Part shown: piece by piece, positions 1 to 9,604 of the stretch
Numbering within the stretch: the stretch's first letter is position 1
Layout of the letters: every line of letters begins with the position of its first letter
NCBI GenBank assembly: GCA_964383925.1
Contig: CAYLIJ010000001.1
Location: 40,581-104,580 of the forward strand
Direction: 5' to 3'
Length of the DNA: 64,000 nucleotides
From: an uncultured Puniceicoccaceae bacterium
GTDB taxonomy: Bacteria; Verrucomicrobiota; Verrucomicrobiia; Opitutales; Seribacteraceae
Notes under the pieces: generated by a model
What the model was told of the DNA's origin: nothing
Seen by the model: only the letters and a program-made list of their open reading frames with translations
Database searches by the model: none
Position numbers and translations under genes: made by a program

Positions 1-1385
1 GCATCTCCCCCACCCATGCTCATCGCAAGAACTCGGTCTGGCATAATTGTGGAGCGAACTACTTCTTTCCCTCGAAGTAAAAAACGATACTCGTTTGGTT
101 CAAGTTCAATATTATCTCTTACCCCAATAGTGGGAAGTAACATTCCCATCTCGCGTGCGAAATTGGTTCTTGCCCCAGTTATACGATCCAGTAAATCTCC
201 ACCTTTCTTTTTGTCGGCAAGGACAAGAAGACCATACCCCATTTCCAATCCAAAAACTTCTTGTTCAATCGCATTTTCCATAGGAGACAACTTCCCTTCC
301 TCTCCCCCATCAGGACTAAGAGCTGTGGGTTGCTGGGCCGATCCATTAGATTGTTGATTTGGAGTCATAGAACCTGATCCCATTTCTTCAAACTCGGTCT
401 CTTCCGATGCGGCAAGTTTGGAATAATGGTATGCCGCACCAAAACAAACCATAGAAAGAATAAAAAATGGCCAAAAAGTTTCAGAAAGGAAAAAAGCAAA
501 CAAAAGAAGCATTGTGCCACAGATTGCGATGGCACGAGGGTAGATAGTTAACTGCTTTCCAACAAATTCTCCAAGATTTGCTTCCTCGGATGATCGGGTA
601 ACGAGAATACCTGCAGCGATAGAAATGATGATGGCAGGTATCTGACTGACCAATCCATCTCCGATGGATAACATGGTGTATTTTTCAAGAGAGCCAACTA
701 TTGTCATTTCTTTTTGAAAATACCCAATGAGAATTCCACCAATAATATTTACTACAGTGATGAATATTCCGGCAACTGCATCACCTCGAACAAACTTACT
801 TGCACCATCCATGGAACCATAGAAATCTGCATCTGTTTGAATCCTTGCTCTTTTTGAGAGAGCCTCAGCTTCCGTAATAACCCCAGAATTCATTTCAGCA
901 TCAATTGACATCTGCTTACCTGGCATAGCATCGAGAGTAAACCTAGCGGTGACTTCGGCGATACGCCCTGCCCCCTTGGTAATAACAACAAAATTAATTA
1001 TAACTAAGATTAAGAAAATTACAGTACCTACCACATAGTTACCACCCACTACAAATGTCCCAAATGATTCAATCACAGAACCAGCATCACCATCCAATAA
1101 AATCAACCGAGTTGAAGCAACATTTAGACCTAGTCTATACAGAGTAACAGAGAGCAGTAGTGTGGGGAAAACTGAAAATTCAGGAGGATCCTTCACATAG
1201 ATAACAGTCAGCAATATTAGTAAAGAAATAGCTATGCTGATAACAATAAGAATACTTAATATATCCTTATGAACGGGTACAACTAAGAGCAGAACAGCAC
1301 CAAATAAGCCGAACACGAAACCAAGGTCCGAATTACCACTAAAACGACCTAGCACTGACTTAATTTTTTGAGTAAAATCGTTCAT
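1..1385 (-). CDS. flhA: Flagellar export protein FlhA (5' part; runs off window edge)
   Basis: Absent from ORF track; translated by hand from ATG at 1385: MNDFTQKIK...FPTLLLSVTLYRLGLNVASTRLIL...RIAEVTARFTLDAMPGKQMSIDA...DFYGSMDGASKFVRGDA; open to base 1; follows flhB. Confidence 0.96.
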   Translation of the reverse strand, partial: MNDFTQKIKSVLGRFSGNSDLGFVFGLFGAVLLLVVPVHKDILSILIVISIAISLLILLTVIYVKDPPEFSVFPTLLLSVTLYRLGLNVASTRLILLDGDAGSVIESFGTFVVGGNYVVGTVIFLILVIINFVVITKGAGRIAEVTARFTLDAMPGKQMSIDAEMNSGVITEAEALSKRARIQTDADFYGSMDGASKFVRGDAVAGIFITVVNIIGGILIGYFQKEMTIVGSLEKYTMLSIGDGLVSQIPAIIISIAAGILVTRSSEEANLGEFVGKQLTIYPRAIAICGTMLLLFAFFLSETFWPFFILSMVCFGAAYHYSKLAASEETEFEEMGSGSMTPNQQSNGSAQQPTALSPDGGEEGKLSPMENAIEQEVFGLEMGYGLLVLADKKKGGDLLDRITGARTNFAREMGMLLPTIGVRDNIELEPNEYRFLLRGKEVVRSTIMPDRVLAMSMGGGD

Positions 1386-1397
1386 TAAAAGAAAAAA

Positions 1398-2507
1398 TTA
1401 AGAAATTGGTTTTGCTAGTAACCTACGGGCTTTCAATTTGTGGTAATAATAAGCGTGGGTTTTGTAAACTTGGGCAAGTATTTCCGCTACAACCTGATAA
1501 AAATCTAGGGGTATTGGTTCTCCAATTCTACCAAGCAAAAACAGTGCACGGGCCACTGGTTTGTTCTCAATGGTCGGTACATCATGCTCTGCAGCAATCA
1601 CTTTTATCCTTCTAGCCAATATATTTTCTCCTTTCGCGATAACTATAGGAGCAAGATCCGTGCCTTTTTCATATCGCAACGCAATTGCATAGTGAGTGGG
1701 GTTTGTGACTACCACATCTGCGGTACCCACATCCATAAGATTTTGACCTGATAGTAACTCCATTGCTTTTTTTCTTTGAGCCGATTTCACTTCAGGAGCA
1801 ACTTCTTTACTTTTTGTTTCTTCTTTGACCTCCTCCTTGGTCATTTTCAACTCGTCGTCATTTTCTTTCTTTTTTATCATGTAGTTGATAATGGCGATAA
1901 TCAAGAGGAGCAGGACTAAGATTGCGAACATAGTCACAAATAAATCATAAATAAAAATAGGGAGGTGTTGAATAGGAATTGGTGCATAAAAAATAGGATC
2001 ATCCAAGAAGAGAACCAAAGTAAGCCAAACTACAGTACCGATGATTAGAAACTTAAGAAAATCAATCATGAAAGTTTTAAGTCCTTTTAAACCAAAAATT
2101 TTTTTCACCCCGCTAATTGGGTTTAGTTTGCTAAGTTTTGGTTCCAAGGCTTTGGGCGTTAAGCGGAACCCAGTCTGTAATCCTTCGGCGATAAAAGCAG
2201 CAATGAAAGTCAATGCTAACATAGGAAAAACGATAAGTCCTAAAAATGAAAATGAATCTTGCATTACGACTGCGATTCCTTCTTGGGAGAAATTTATCTT
2301 ATCAAGATTTTGTATTATTGATTTGGTAAAGTTCATTACATCCAGAGACTTGCTGGGACCGTAAAACAAGATAACCGCTAGACCGGCAAGCATCGTTAGA
2401 GTCATTGAGATTTCAGGTGCTTTTGCAAACTGCCCCTTTGCGTGTGCATCAGACATTTTTTTGGCGGTGGGCGGTTCTGTCTTTGAGCTTTTATCTACAT
2501 CAGACAT
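1398..2507 (-). CDS. flhB: Flagellar export switch protein FlhB
   Basis: KTEPPT N-terminus, TM segments, NPTH autocleavage motif, AEILA C-terminal motif. Confidence 0.96.
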   Translation of the reverse strand: MSDVDKSSKTEPPTAKKMSDAHAKGQFAKAPEISMTLTMLAGLAVILFYGPSKSLDVMNFTKSIIQNLDKINFSQEGIAVVMQDSFSFLGLIVFPMLALTFIAAFIAEGLQTGFRLTPKALEPKLSKLNPISGVKKIFGLKGLKTFMIDFLKFLIIGTVVWLTLVLFLDDPIFYAPIPIQHLPIFIYDLFVTMFAILVLLLLIIAIINYMIKKKENDDELKMTKEEVKEETKSKEVAPEVKSAQRKKAMELLSGQNLMDVGTADVVVTNPTHYAIALRYEKGTDLAPIVIAKGENILARRIKVIAAEHDVPTIENKPVARALFLLGRIGEPIPLDFYQVVAEILAQVYKTHAYYYHKLKARRLLAKPIS

Positions 2508-2510
2508 GAT

Positions 2511-3275
2511 TTAACCTGATTGAATTATATTTAACATAACTTCAACAGACCTTTTACTATTATCAACAATATAGGAGGTGATTAAAAGAATTGAAGAAAC
2601 TAGTAAAACTAATCCAGATAAAATTCGGATAGCAAAACTGGTCATAAATACATTCATTTTTGGTACCGCTTTCCCAAGAACAGCAAATGAGATATTTATT
2701 AAAAAATTTAATGCAATAAAGGGTGCAGCAATAAGAGTCCCAAGTACAAAGACATGAGTGACTTCGTTTACAAATTCAACAGTCGGATTCGCACTTAAAA
2801 AGAAAGAACCAATTGGTAGTATTTCGAAGCTTAAAACAAATGCTTTAATTACATCATAGTGGATGCCATTAATAAAAAAAAGTAATAGACTGAAATAATA
2901 TAAAAGAGTGGTTATAGTCGAATCAGTCGAGCCTAATAATGGATTCACACTATTACTGGCCATTAAACCAATCTCGTACGATATTAAGTGTCCAGCAAGC
3001 TCAACTGCGAAAAAAACCATCCGAACAACCATGGCTAATAACAATCCAATACATACCTCATTTAACGCCAAAATAATGGCGCCAGCAAAATGATTAGCAA
3101 TCTCAAGATCTGCCGGAACCAATGGATTGATTAACAAGGATAAAAGAAGTCCGAAAGAGGTTCTTATTTTTACAGGAATCATTTTCCCTGCGAATAAAGG
3201 TATTCCCATAAAAAAAGCTCCTGTTCTCAAAAAGACAAGAACCCAAACTATGATATGCCCTGCCTCAATAGTCAC
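2511..3275 (-). CDS. fliR: Flagellar export gate protein FliR
   Basis: Hydrophobic 254 aa with IPVKIR, ELAGHLIS, KAVPKMNVF; lies between fliQ and flhB. Confidence 0.93.
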   Translation of the reverse strand: MTIEAGHIIVWVLVFLRTGAFFMGIPLFAGKMIPVKIRTSFGLLLSLLINPLVPADLEIANHFAGAIILALNEVCIGLLLAMVVRMVFFAVELAGHLISYEIGLMASNSVNPLLGSTDSTITTLLYYFSLLLFFINGIHYDVIKAFVLSFEILPIGSFFLSANPTVEFVNEVTHVFVLGTLIAAPFIALNFLINISFAVLGKAVPKMNVFMTSFAIRILSGLVLLVSSILLITSYIVDNSKRSVEVMLNIIQSG

Positions 3276-3541
3276 TGTGCCATAGTTGGAAGCATACTAA
3301 TCATAGAAATACAAAATTCAGTTAAAGTTTTTAATATAAAATTAGCCGAAAGCACAATTGCAAGAGAGACACACACTAATTTTGGCACAAAAGTAAGTGT
3401 TTGCTCCTGAAGACTGGTAATGGACTGAATAAAACTAACTAAAAGACCGACTACCGTAGCGGTTCCTAGAATTGGAATCGCTAAAATAAGACCTGTTTGC
3501 AGAAGTTGTCTCATTATATCAACTGCCAATTCCATTGTCAT
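3272..3541 (-). CDS. fliQ: Flagellar export gate protein FliQ
   Basis: 89 aa, GLLVSFIQSITSLQEQTLTFVPK signature. Confidence 0.95.
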   Translation of the reverse strand: MTMELAVDIMRQLLQTGLILAIPILGTATVVGLLVSFIQSITSLQEQTLTFVPKLVCVSLAIVLSANFILKTLTEFCISMISMLPTMAQ

Positions 3542-3553
3542 ATCACAGCACCT

Positions 3554-4345
3554 CTACGCAATGTTAAAGCTGTTAACCAAGGATTGAATGACTAAATACC
3601 ATCCATCTACAAGAACAAAAAGAAGCAATTTAAAAGGCATTGAAATAACTACCGGTGGCATCATCATCATTCCCATGGACATGAGGGTCGAGGCAACAAT
3701 GAAATCAACAATAATGAAGGGTATAAAAATAAGAAAACCCATTTGAAATGCCGTTCTTAATTCGCTTAAAACAAATGAGGGAACGACAATACTTAAGGGC
3801 AACTGGTCTCTAGTCATTGCCCCCTGCTTGGAAATTTCAAGAAAAAACTGCACATCTAATTGACGAGTTTGATTCATCATGAAGTTCTTCATGTGAGCAG
3901 TTGCGACCATAAGAGCATCACTTGATTTCATTGTTGCTGACATGTAGGGAGTTACAGCATCATCGTAAATTTTATTCCATACTGGTCCCATAACAAAAAA
4001 AGTAAGAAATAGAGCTAACCCAACTATTATCTGACTGGATGGAGCTGAATTTACACCAATCGCGTTTCTTACAAACCCAAGAACAATAATCATCCTTGTA
4101 AAACAGGTCATCATCATAATGACTGATGGTCCAAGAGATAAAATTGTCATTGCAACAACAAGTTGGATTGCGACACCAAAATCCCCCTCATCATTGGAAC
4201 CCGTAACATCAATCCTTAAACCAGGAGCACCAGTTCCAGTAGTTTGTGCATCAAGAACCGAGTGAGAATAACTGAAGCATGAAAACCCTAGGAGAATTAG
4301 CATTAAAAGCCTAATTCTTTTAAAAAAAATCAACACTTTTCGCAC
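3554..4345 (-). CDS. fliP: Flagellar export gate protein FliP
   Basis: MTCFTR, LSELRTAFQMGFLIFIPF, MGMMMMPP, FKLLLFVLVDGW. Confidence 0.96.
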   Translation of the reverse strand: MRKVLIFFKRIRLLMLILLGFSCFSYSHSVLDAQTTGTGAPGLRIDVTGSNDEGDFGVAIQLVVAMTILSLGPSVIMMMTCFTRMIIVLGFVRNAIGVNSAPSSQIIVGLALFLTFFVMGPVWNKIYDDAVTPYMSATMKSSDALMVATAHMKNFMMNQTRQLDVQFFLEISKQGAMTRDQLPLSIVVPSFVLSELRTAFQMGFLIFIPFIIVDFIVASTLMSMGMMMMPPVVISMPFKLLLFVLVDGWYLVIQSLVNSFNIA

Positions 4346-4696
4346 TTAATCATCCTCCTTTACTCTGATAGTTTTATCTGAATCTTGGTTTGAATTATTT
4401 TCGATCTTAGCCAAATGATTTATCGAACCTGAACTCACTCCAACAAGATGCTTTTCTTCGCCATACTGAGCAACCATTAAGAACTGACGGTTTCCAAGCG
4501 AACAGGTATCAGCGATAATAATTTTACCATTTTTTGTTGGACTCAATCTAGACCTTTTATTCTTTGTGTAAATGGATAGAAAATACGCACTAGCGCCTAA
4601 AACACCAATAAAGGCGATAACTCTAATCCAGAGATAAAGCATTTCAGCATCGGTATTCACCAATGAGGGTGAGGTTGCAAAATGATAAAACATCAT
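4346..4696 (-). CDS. fliO: FliO/FliZ-like export-gate chaperone
   Basis: One TM helix then SLGNRQFLMVAQYGEEKHLVGVS; lies between fliN and fliP. Confidence 0.85.
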   Translation of the reverse strand: MMFYHFATSPSLVNTDAEMLYLWIRVIAFIGVLGASAYFLSIYTKNKRSRLSPTKNGKIIIADTCSLGNRQFLMVAQYGEEKHLVGVSSGSINHLAKIENNSNQDSDKTIRVKEDD

Positions 4697-4713
4697 TTTT
4701 GAAATTTTAGGAA

Positions 4714-4747
4714 ATGCTTTTCACCTGCAATAAGCAGATGAAAGCAT
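4714..4747 (-). other. Intergenic stem-loop between fliN and fliO
   Basis: ATGCTTTCATCTGC-TTATT-GCAGGTGAAAAGCAT on minus strand: ~14-bp stem with one G-U pair and one bulge; only a weak U-tract follows. Confidence 0.6.
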
Positions 4748-4758
4748 GAACAAAAAAT

Positions 4759-5007
4759 TCACGAAGCCGAATCAACAATCTCAGTAATCTTAAGTCCAAA
4801 CCGGTCGTCAATTACAACAACTTCACCATGGGCAATAAGTTTTCCATTAACGAGTAGACTAACAGGATCCTTTGCGTTTTGCTTCAATTGAATTTGAGCT
4901 CCAGGGCTTAACTCGACAACTTCTTTCATTGGAAGTTCTGCTGTTCCTAATTGGACTGTGACACTTACCTTCACATCCATCACGATATCCATTTTTTTAC
5001 TATCCAT
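4759..5007 (-). CDS. fliN: Flagellar C-ring protein FliN
   Basis: SpoA domain: MDVKVSVTVQLG...LVNGKLIAHGEVVVIDDRFGLKIT. Confidence 0.95.
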   Translation of the reverse strand: MDSKKMDIVMDVKVSVTVQLGTAELPMKEVVELSPGAQIQLKQNAKDPVSLLVNGKLIAHGEVVVIDDRFGLKITEIVDSAS

Positions 5008-6013
5008 GTTTTTTTCCGATTAATTTTACAGCTTCTACAATACTCTCATTTACCTGAAAAGCTACTTGGTCGTCTTCTATCCCGATTTCCCCAACAAAGC
5101 AGGTTCTACCCTCAATCCTTAAATTTGTTTTTTCAATTAAGGAAGGTGACATTTCTATAATATCATCAACCTCCAAATTGGATAAATCTCTCAGGCTTAA
5201 TTCGAACGCATCCCACTCGGCAGAAACTGAAACAGGAATCTCGTCATAAATCTCGTGCCATCTTGGGGGTTTAACTGACTGCTTTTCGGTTACTGAAACT
5301 GCATTAAGTAAACGATTAACAACAGGTTCTAAAGTATAATAAGGCACTGCTATTCTCATTGGCCCTGACACATCACCAAAAGATGCTTCCATGCTCATGA
5401 TGAGCATCATTGCATCAGACGGGGAAGTTTGAAGGAATTTACCAGAACTCTCGGTTCCGATAATACTTGGAGTAAGTGACATCGTTGTTTGCCATTGCTT
5501 ACACCACTCTTCTAAAATAATTTGATTAAAATCCTCGACAAGAGCTTTTTCAATATCAGTAAGCCCACGTTCTTCGGGATTAGTAGAACCTCGACCTCCG
5601 AGAATTCTATCTACAACTGTGGCAGATAGATGGGAATTAACATCCAACAAACAAACTCCATTTAATTCTTGAAGTTTAAACATTGTTATACACGAAGGAT
5701 TTTTTATAGATTGAGTGAAATTTGCGTATAAATCAGCAGTTAAATCTTCTAACTCGAGATTGAACTCGGTTCTTAAAAACATTGAGAGGTGACCAGCAAG
5801 GTAATAAACGAATTGCTCTGATTTTGTTTTTAATTTACTTAAATCAGCATCCGATAAAACTATCGGATTGGTAAAGTCATACTTCTTAATTTTAACAGAT
5901 GAAATATCTGATATCCTTTCACCCTCACAATTAAATACTGGCTGATCTCCTGAAGATCCTTGCAGCTCGCTGATATCAAAGCTTTCGTCTTTAAAGTTGG
6001 GGTCGGTAGACAT
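5000..6013 (-). CDS. fliM: Flagellar C-ring protein FliM (lacks the N-terminal CheY-binding motif)
   Basis: YDF motif, VDRILGGRG, RGLTDIE, PYYTLEPV, C-terminal SpoA domain. Confidence 0.92.
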   Translation of the reverse strand: MSTDPNFKDESFDISELQGSSGDQPVFNCEGERISDISSVKIKKYDFTNPIVLSDADLSKLKTKSEQFVYYLAGHLSMFLRTEFNLELEDLTADLYANFTQSIKNPSCITMFKLQELNGVCLLDVNSHLSATVVDRILGGRGSTNPEERGLTDIEKALVEDFNQIILEEWCKQWQTTMSLTPSIIGTESSGKFLQTSPSDAMMLIMSMEASFGDVSGPMRIAVPYYTLEPVVNRLLNAVSVTEKQSVKPPRWHEIYDEIPVSVSAEWDAFELSLRDLSNLEVDDIIEMSPSLIEKTNLRIEGRTCFVGEIGIEDDQVAFQVNESIVEAVKLIGKKHG

Positions 6014-6029
6014 CTTAAAAAATCAAAAA

Positions 6030-6575
6030 TTATTGGACAACAAAGTTAGTGAAATAAATTTGTCTTATTAAGTCGCTTTCACCATCCCTATATTTTCTCA
6101 AAATGGAAGAAAATCCTTTTTTCAAATCAACTCGCACTCTTTCTTGAAATCCATCGAGTTGGGCATCTTCGTAAGTGTAACCTCCCATAATTGCGAGTGC
6201 CTTATCACGAATTCTATGTTGATTCATATCAAGAACTTTTTCAAAGTCGCCTGCTTGTCCCTCTAGCTTTAGATCCAAATTGATGTAGCGAGATTTAATG
6301 GGTCCCCCTAAATTAGTAATTAAAGAACTTAATTCATAAATCTTTTCTTCACCAGATGGTTCCATATCCAAAGGTTGTCCACCCTCAGTTATCTGAGGTT
6401 TAATAGTTTCCTCTGGTTTATTCATCTTAATAAGCAAAAACATTGCACCGACAGTTAAAGCTGGCGCAAGAATTATTGCAATAAGAGCAGGCATGAGATT
6501 ACCACCACCACCTGCCTTAGGGGCAGGAGCTTCAGTGGTATCATCAGGAAGTTCGTCTAGTTGAGCTGCACACAT
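6030..6575 (-). CDS. fliL: Flagellar basal body-associated FliL
   Basis: N-terminal TM helix, ITNL, RIRD, terminal IYFTNFVVQ. Confidence 0.92.
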   Translation of the reverse strand: MCAAQLDELPDDTTEAPAPKAGGGGNLMPALIAIILAPALTVGAMFLLIKMNKPEETIKPQITEGGQPLDMEPSGEEKIYELSSLITNLGGPIKSRYINLDLKLEGQAGDFEKVLDMNQHRIRDKALAIMGGYTYEDAQLDGFQERVRVDLKKGFSSILRKYRDGESDLIRQIYFTNFVVQ

Positions 6576-6601
6576 ATCGTTAGGGAATGTAGGTTAAAAA
6601 A

Positions 6602-7453
6602 CTATCGTTTTAGATTAACGGCTTCAGACAGAATCATATCTGAGGTGGTAACAACACGAGAACCTGCCTGAAACGAACGCTGATGGGAAATCATCGCAGC
6701 AAACTCATTAGTGAGGTCTACATTTGATAATTCTAAAGCATATTGCTTAAGTTTCCCATTAGAACCAGTAGCGGGTATTATGTTATCACTGACACCCGCT
6801 ATGTTTTGACCCGCTTGGCCATTCGAATAAAAACCGTTACCCACTCTTCTCAAGTACTGAGGGGAAAGAAAATTGTTAATCTTAATTTGACCAGAACCTC
6901 TAATCTCATCAACTCCATCTTTATTCACGACCAAATTAATTTTCCCATCATCTTCCACCCTTCGGGCAAGTAAAGTCTCTCCCTCTTGCGTTCCTACAAC
7001 GAGTGGACCCCCCACCCCCTGGAGTTGATAACGGTACTGATCGCGAGTAACAACAAAACCCTCAACAGTTGATTCAAAAGCACCGGCACGAGTGTAGAAA
7101 AGTTCGCCGGTAACAGGGTCAGCAATTTCGAAAAAACCTCCACCATTTGGTAGAGCCTCACCCTGGATTGCAATGTCTAAATCTAATCCGGTCATTTCGA
7201 TGGTACCCTGTGAAAAATCAGAAGAAATCGAGCCAACATGGACACCAGTTCCATGCTGTTGAATGTTGTTACTAGGTGCTCCACCTGCACCCGATTCAGC
7301 ATCGTTCATGTGCATGTAAAAATTGTCAGAGTAATTTGCACGGGAAGATTTATAACCAAGTGAATTTACATTCGAAATATTATTACCTAAGACTTGCAAA
7401 CCTTGAGTAAGACTTTTTAGAGCGGTAACCCCGTTGTGTAAAGATGCAATCAT
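6602..7453 (-). CDS. flgE: Flagellar hook protein FlgE (short form, FlgE/F/G family)
   Basis: GNNISNVNSLGYK, DIAIQG, YTRAGAF, LELSNVDLTNEF, QRSFQAGSRVVTTSD; directly downstream of flgD. Confidence 0.85.
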   Translation of the reverse strand: MIASLHNGVTALKSLTQGLQVLGNNISNVNSLGYKSSRANYSDNFYMHMNDAESGAGGAPSNNIQQHGTGVHVGSISSDFSQGTIEMTGLDLDIAIQGEALPNGGGFFEIADPVTGELFYTRAGAFESTVEGFVVTRDQYRYQLQGVGGPLVVGTQEGETLLARRVEDDGKINLVVNKDGVDEIRGSGQIKINNFLSPQYLRRVGNGFYSNGQAGQNIAGVSDNIIPATGSNGKLKQYALELSNVDLTNEFAAMISHQRSFQAGSRVVTTSDMILSEAVNLKR

Positions 7454-7459
7454 GTTGGA

Positions 7460-7945
7460 TTAATTTTGTCGTGCTAGTGCCTTTTCCTTTAAGACTTCTA
7501 AGTTGTTACTGATAGGAGCACCTGGATTGCTTACCCGAGTAATATTTCCCGGAAGATAGTTTTTATCTCCAACGATTACAAAAACTTGACCGTCATCGTC
7601 TTTTTCAACGGAATCCACAAGTCCAGTAACATCTTGTCCATCTTCTGAAATGTTTACCATTTTCCCTAGGTATGCTTGGGCAACCATGTCTTTATGTGAA
7701 TCTGCAAATGTCTCGAAACCCTTAGTAAATTGTTGCATCTGTTCTAAGGAGGCAATGTTTGCCATTTGAGAAATAAACTCGGTATCCTTCATTGGTTCAA
7801 GCGGGTCTTGGTTACTAATTTGACTCGTAAGCAATTGAAGGAAATCCTCCATTTGCATCGCAGAGTTGGAAGAATTAGATGCATCTGTCATAGTAGATGA
7901 CCGAGGATTTTGATTAGCTTGGGTGGCTGCGATTGCGTCTATCAT
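7460..7945 (-). CDS. flgD: Hook capping protein FlgD
   Basis: DFLQLLTSQISNQDPLEPMKDTEFISQMA signature. Confidence 0.95.
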   Translation of the reverse strand: MIDAIAATQANQNPRSSTMTDASNSSNSAMQMEDFLQLLTSQISNQDPLEPMKDTEFISQMANIASLEQMQQFTKGFETFADSHKDMVAQAYLGKMVNISEDGQDVTGLVDSVEKDDDGQVFVIVGDKNYLPGNITRVSNPGAPISNNLEVLKEKALARQN

Positions 7946-7973
7946 AATAATTTTATTATATAAGTTAAAATAC

Positions 7974-8927
7974 TTAAGCTGCTTTTAAAAAATAGTTGTC
8001 CATTTCTTGGTAATTGGAAAACACATGAACTTTTAATTGAGTTCCTTGATCGGAATCAACTTTCTCTTTAATTTTATTTTGACAAAAATTTAGCAAGTCT
8101 TGTGTCTTCTCATCAGGAGCAATAAAACACAAAGAGATACCTTTATCATTTTTTTCTAAACGAACACCGAGCTTGCTGCCATTAGGTAAGTCAATTGCAA
8201 ATCGAACCACCTTCTTGGCAAACTTGTTTGTGTATGCAACTCGAGGAGAAACCGACTTACCGATCAGACTTACTAACTTAACTACTAGTGATGTGTCAGT
8301 TGGTGAAAAATTATTTACACTAACTTCCTGAATTGGAGTATCATTATCTTTTGAATTGATCACTGATAAAGAATTAGCATTTTTTGCGCCATGATGTTTA
8401 TTCTTTTTCCCTTGGTCTTGGGCCCCATTATCACGGCTAACAGGTTTGTGAGTTAACTCATGTGCAATTGCAGTTTTTAACGGCTCCTTGGGTATTGGTA
8501 AAGCTAGAATTGGCCTTGAGTTAAGAACAGCTCCTTTAATATTTTTTGCAAATTTTGGCACTTGTGAAAGATTGGGATTTACTAAACTTTTACCGTGAGA
8601 ATTACTTTTCTGCCTTATCGTGGGGTTTTTCAATAAGTTTGATTTAGGTGAAATTTTACTCTCTTCGGATAAAATTGCCTTTTCAAAACTAAACTTGGAA
8701 TTATTTGAGTAATTTTCCGGTGCAACTTTAGCCGTTTGATGAGAATTATTAGTTTTCGAAGTGGTATCGGAATTTCCTTTATTGGACTTTGAGTTCGAAA
8801 AATTTGATTTTTTAATGTCGGGTGAATCCTTCGGCATCCAGAATGAACCATTTTTCCCAATCGATTGGTGCTTAGGAGTCAGATTTCCAGTTAAACCTTG
8901 AAGTACAACAGAAGTTGTCATAATCAA
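7974..8927 (-). CDS. fliK: Probable hook-length control protein FliK (divergent)
   Basis: Low-complexity K/N/S-rich N-terminus plus compact C-terminal domain (IDLPNGSKLGVRL...ISLCFIA); occupies the fliK slot before flgD. Confidence 0.6.
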   Translation of the reverse strand: MIMTTSVVLQGLTGNLTPKHQSIGKNGSFWMPKDSPDIKKSNFSNSKSNKGNSDTTSKTNNSHQTAKVAPENYSNNSKFSFEKAILSEESKISPKSNLLKNPTIRQKSNSHGKSLVNPNLSQVPKFAKNIKGAVLNSRPILALPIPKEPLKTAIAHELTHKPVSRDNGAQDQGKKNKHHGAKNANSLSVINSKDNDTPIQEVSVNNFSPTDTSLVVKLVSLIGKSVSPRVAYTNKFAKKVVRFAIDLPNGSKLGVRLEKNDKGISLCFIAPDEKTQDLLNFCQNKIKEKVDSDQGTQLKVHVFSNYQEMDNYFLKAA

Positions 8928-8930
8928 ATC

Positions 8931-9602
8931 CTAATTCGCGGGAATTCCTGTTGGTGCAAGATTATCCAAGTTTAAACTTGGTAACAAACCACGATCCCGC
9001 ATTGACAAAGCATCAGCCAATTCGATTAATGAATCTTCATCACTATTATACATAAACGAAATGATGGGAGCCTTGTCTTCAGCTTTGAGGAGTTCAAAAA
9101 TTGTGAGTGCCTCTTCAAATCTTCGCTTTTGTCTCCAATTTTGTATTTCCACAGTTGCAATTTCCGGACCCATCGCGAGCCATCTTGAAGAGGTATCTTT
9201 ATACTCCTTTAACTTTCCTTCACTTAAATCCTGTCCTTGGCTTGCTTCAAAATCAGCAAGACGATCCGAAAGATCATCCTGAATCTGATTCATTTCTTTT
9301 TTCTGCTTTTCAAGAGCTTCCAAATCCATAGAAATGGCGGACTCACGAGAATCAAGCTCCTTATCCCTCTCTAGCAACTGTTCCTTCAGAGCTGCCAATT
9401 CTTTCGAAAGTTGGTTCATTGAATGAGTTTCCGCAGGAGAATAACTAGTATCATCGGCATCAAATTCTATACTTGTAAATTCAGCTTTAATTTCTGGCTT
9501 CGGTTTAAACAAATCATCGTAACTTAGTGATAACATGATACCAGCAGAGCCAACTGAAAGTAAGACAGCTAATACAACAATAATGGTAGGTGAAATTTTC
9601 AT
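8931..9602 (-). CDS. YlxF/MotE/FlbB-like membrane-anchored coiled-coil flagellar protein
   Basis: N-terminal TM helix, long coiled coil, helical C-terminus; lies between fliJ and fliK like B. subtilis ylxF. Confidence 0.6.
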   Translation of the reverse strand: MKISPTIIVVLAVLLSVGSAGIMLSLSYDDLFKPKPEIKAEFTSIEFDADDTSYSPAETHSMNQLSKELAALKEQLLERDKELDSRESAISMDLEALEKQKKEMNQIQDDLSDRLADFEASQGQDLSEGKLKEYKDTSSRWLAMGPEIATVEIQNWRQKRRFEEALTIFELLKAEDKAPIISFMYNSDEDSLIELADALSMRDRGLLPSLNLDNLAPTGIPAN

Positions 9603-9604
9603 AA

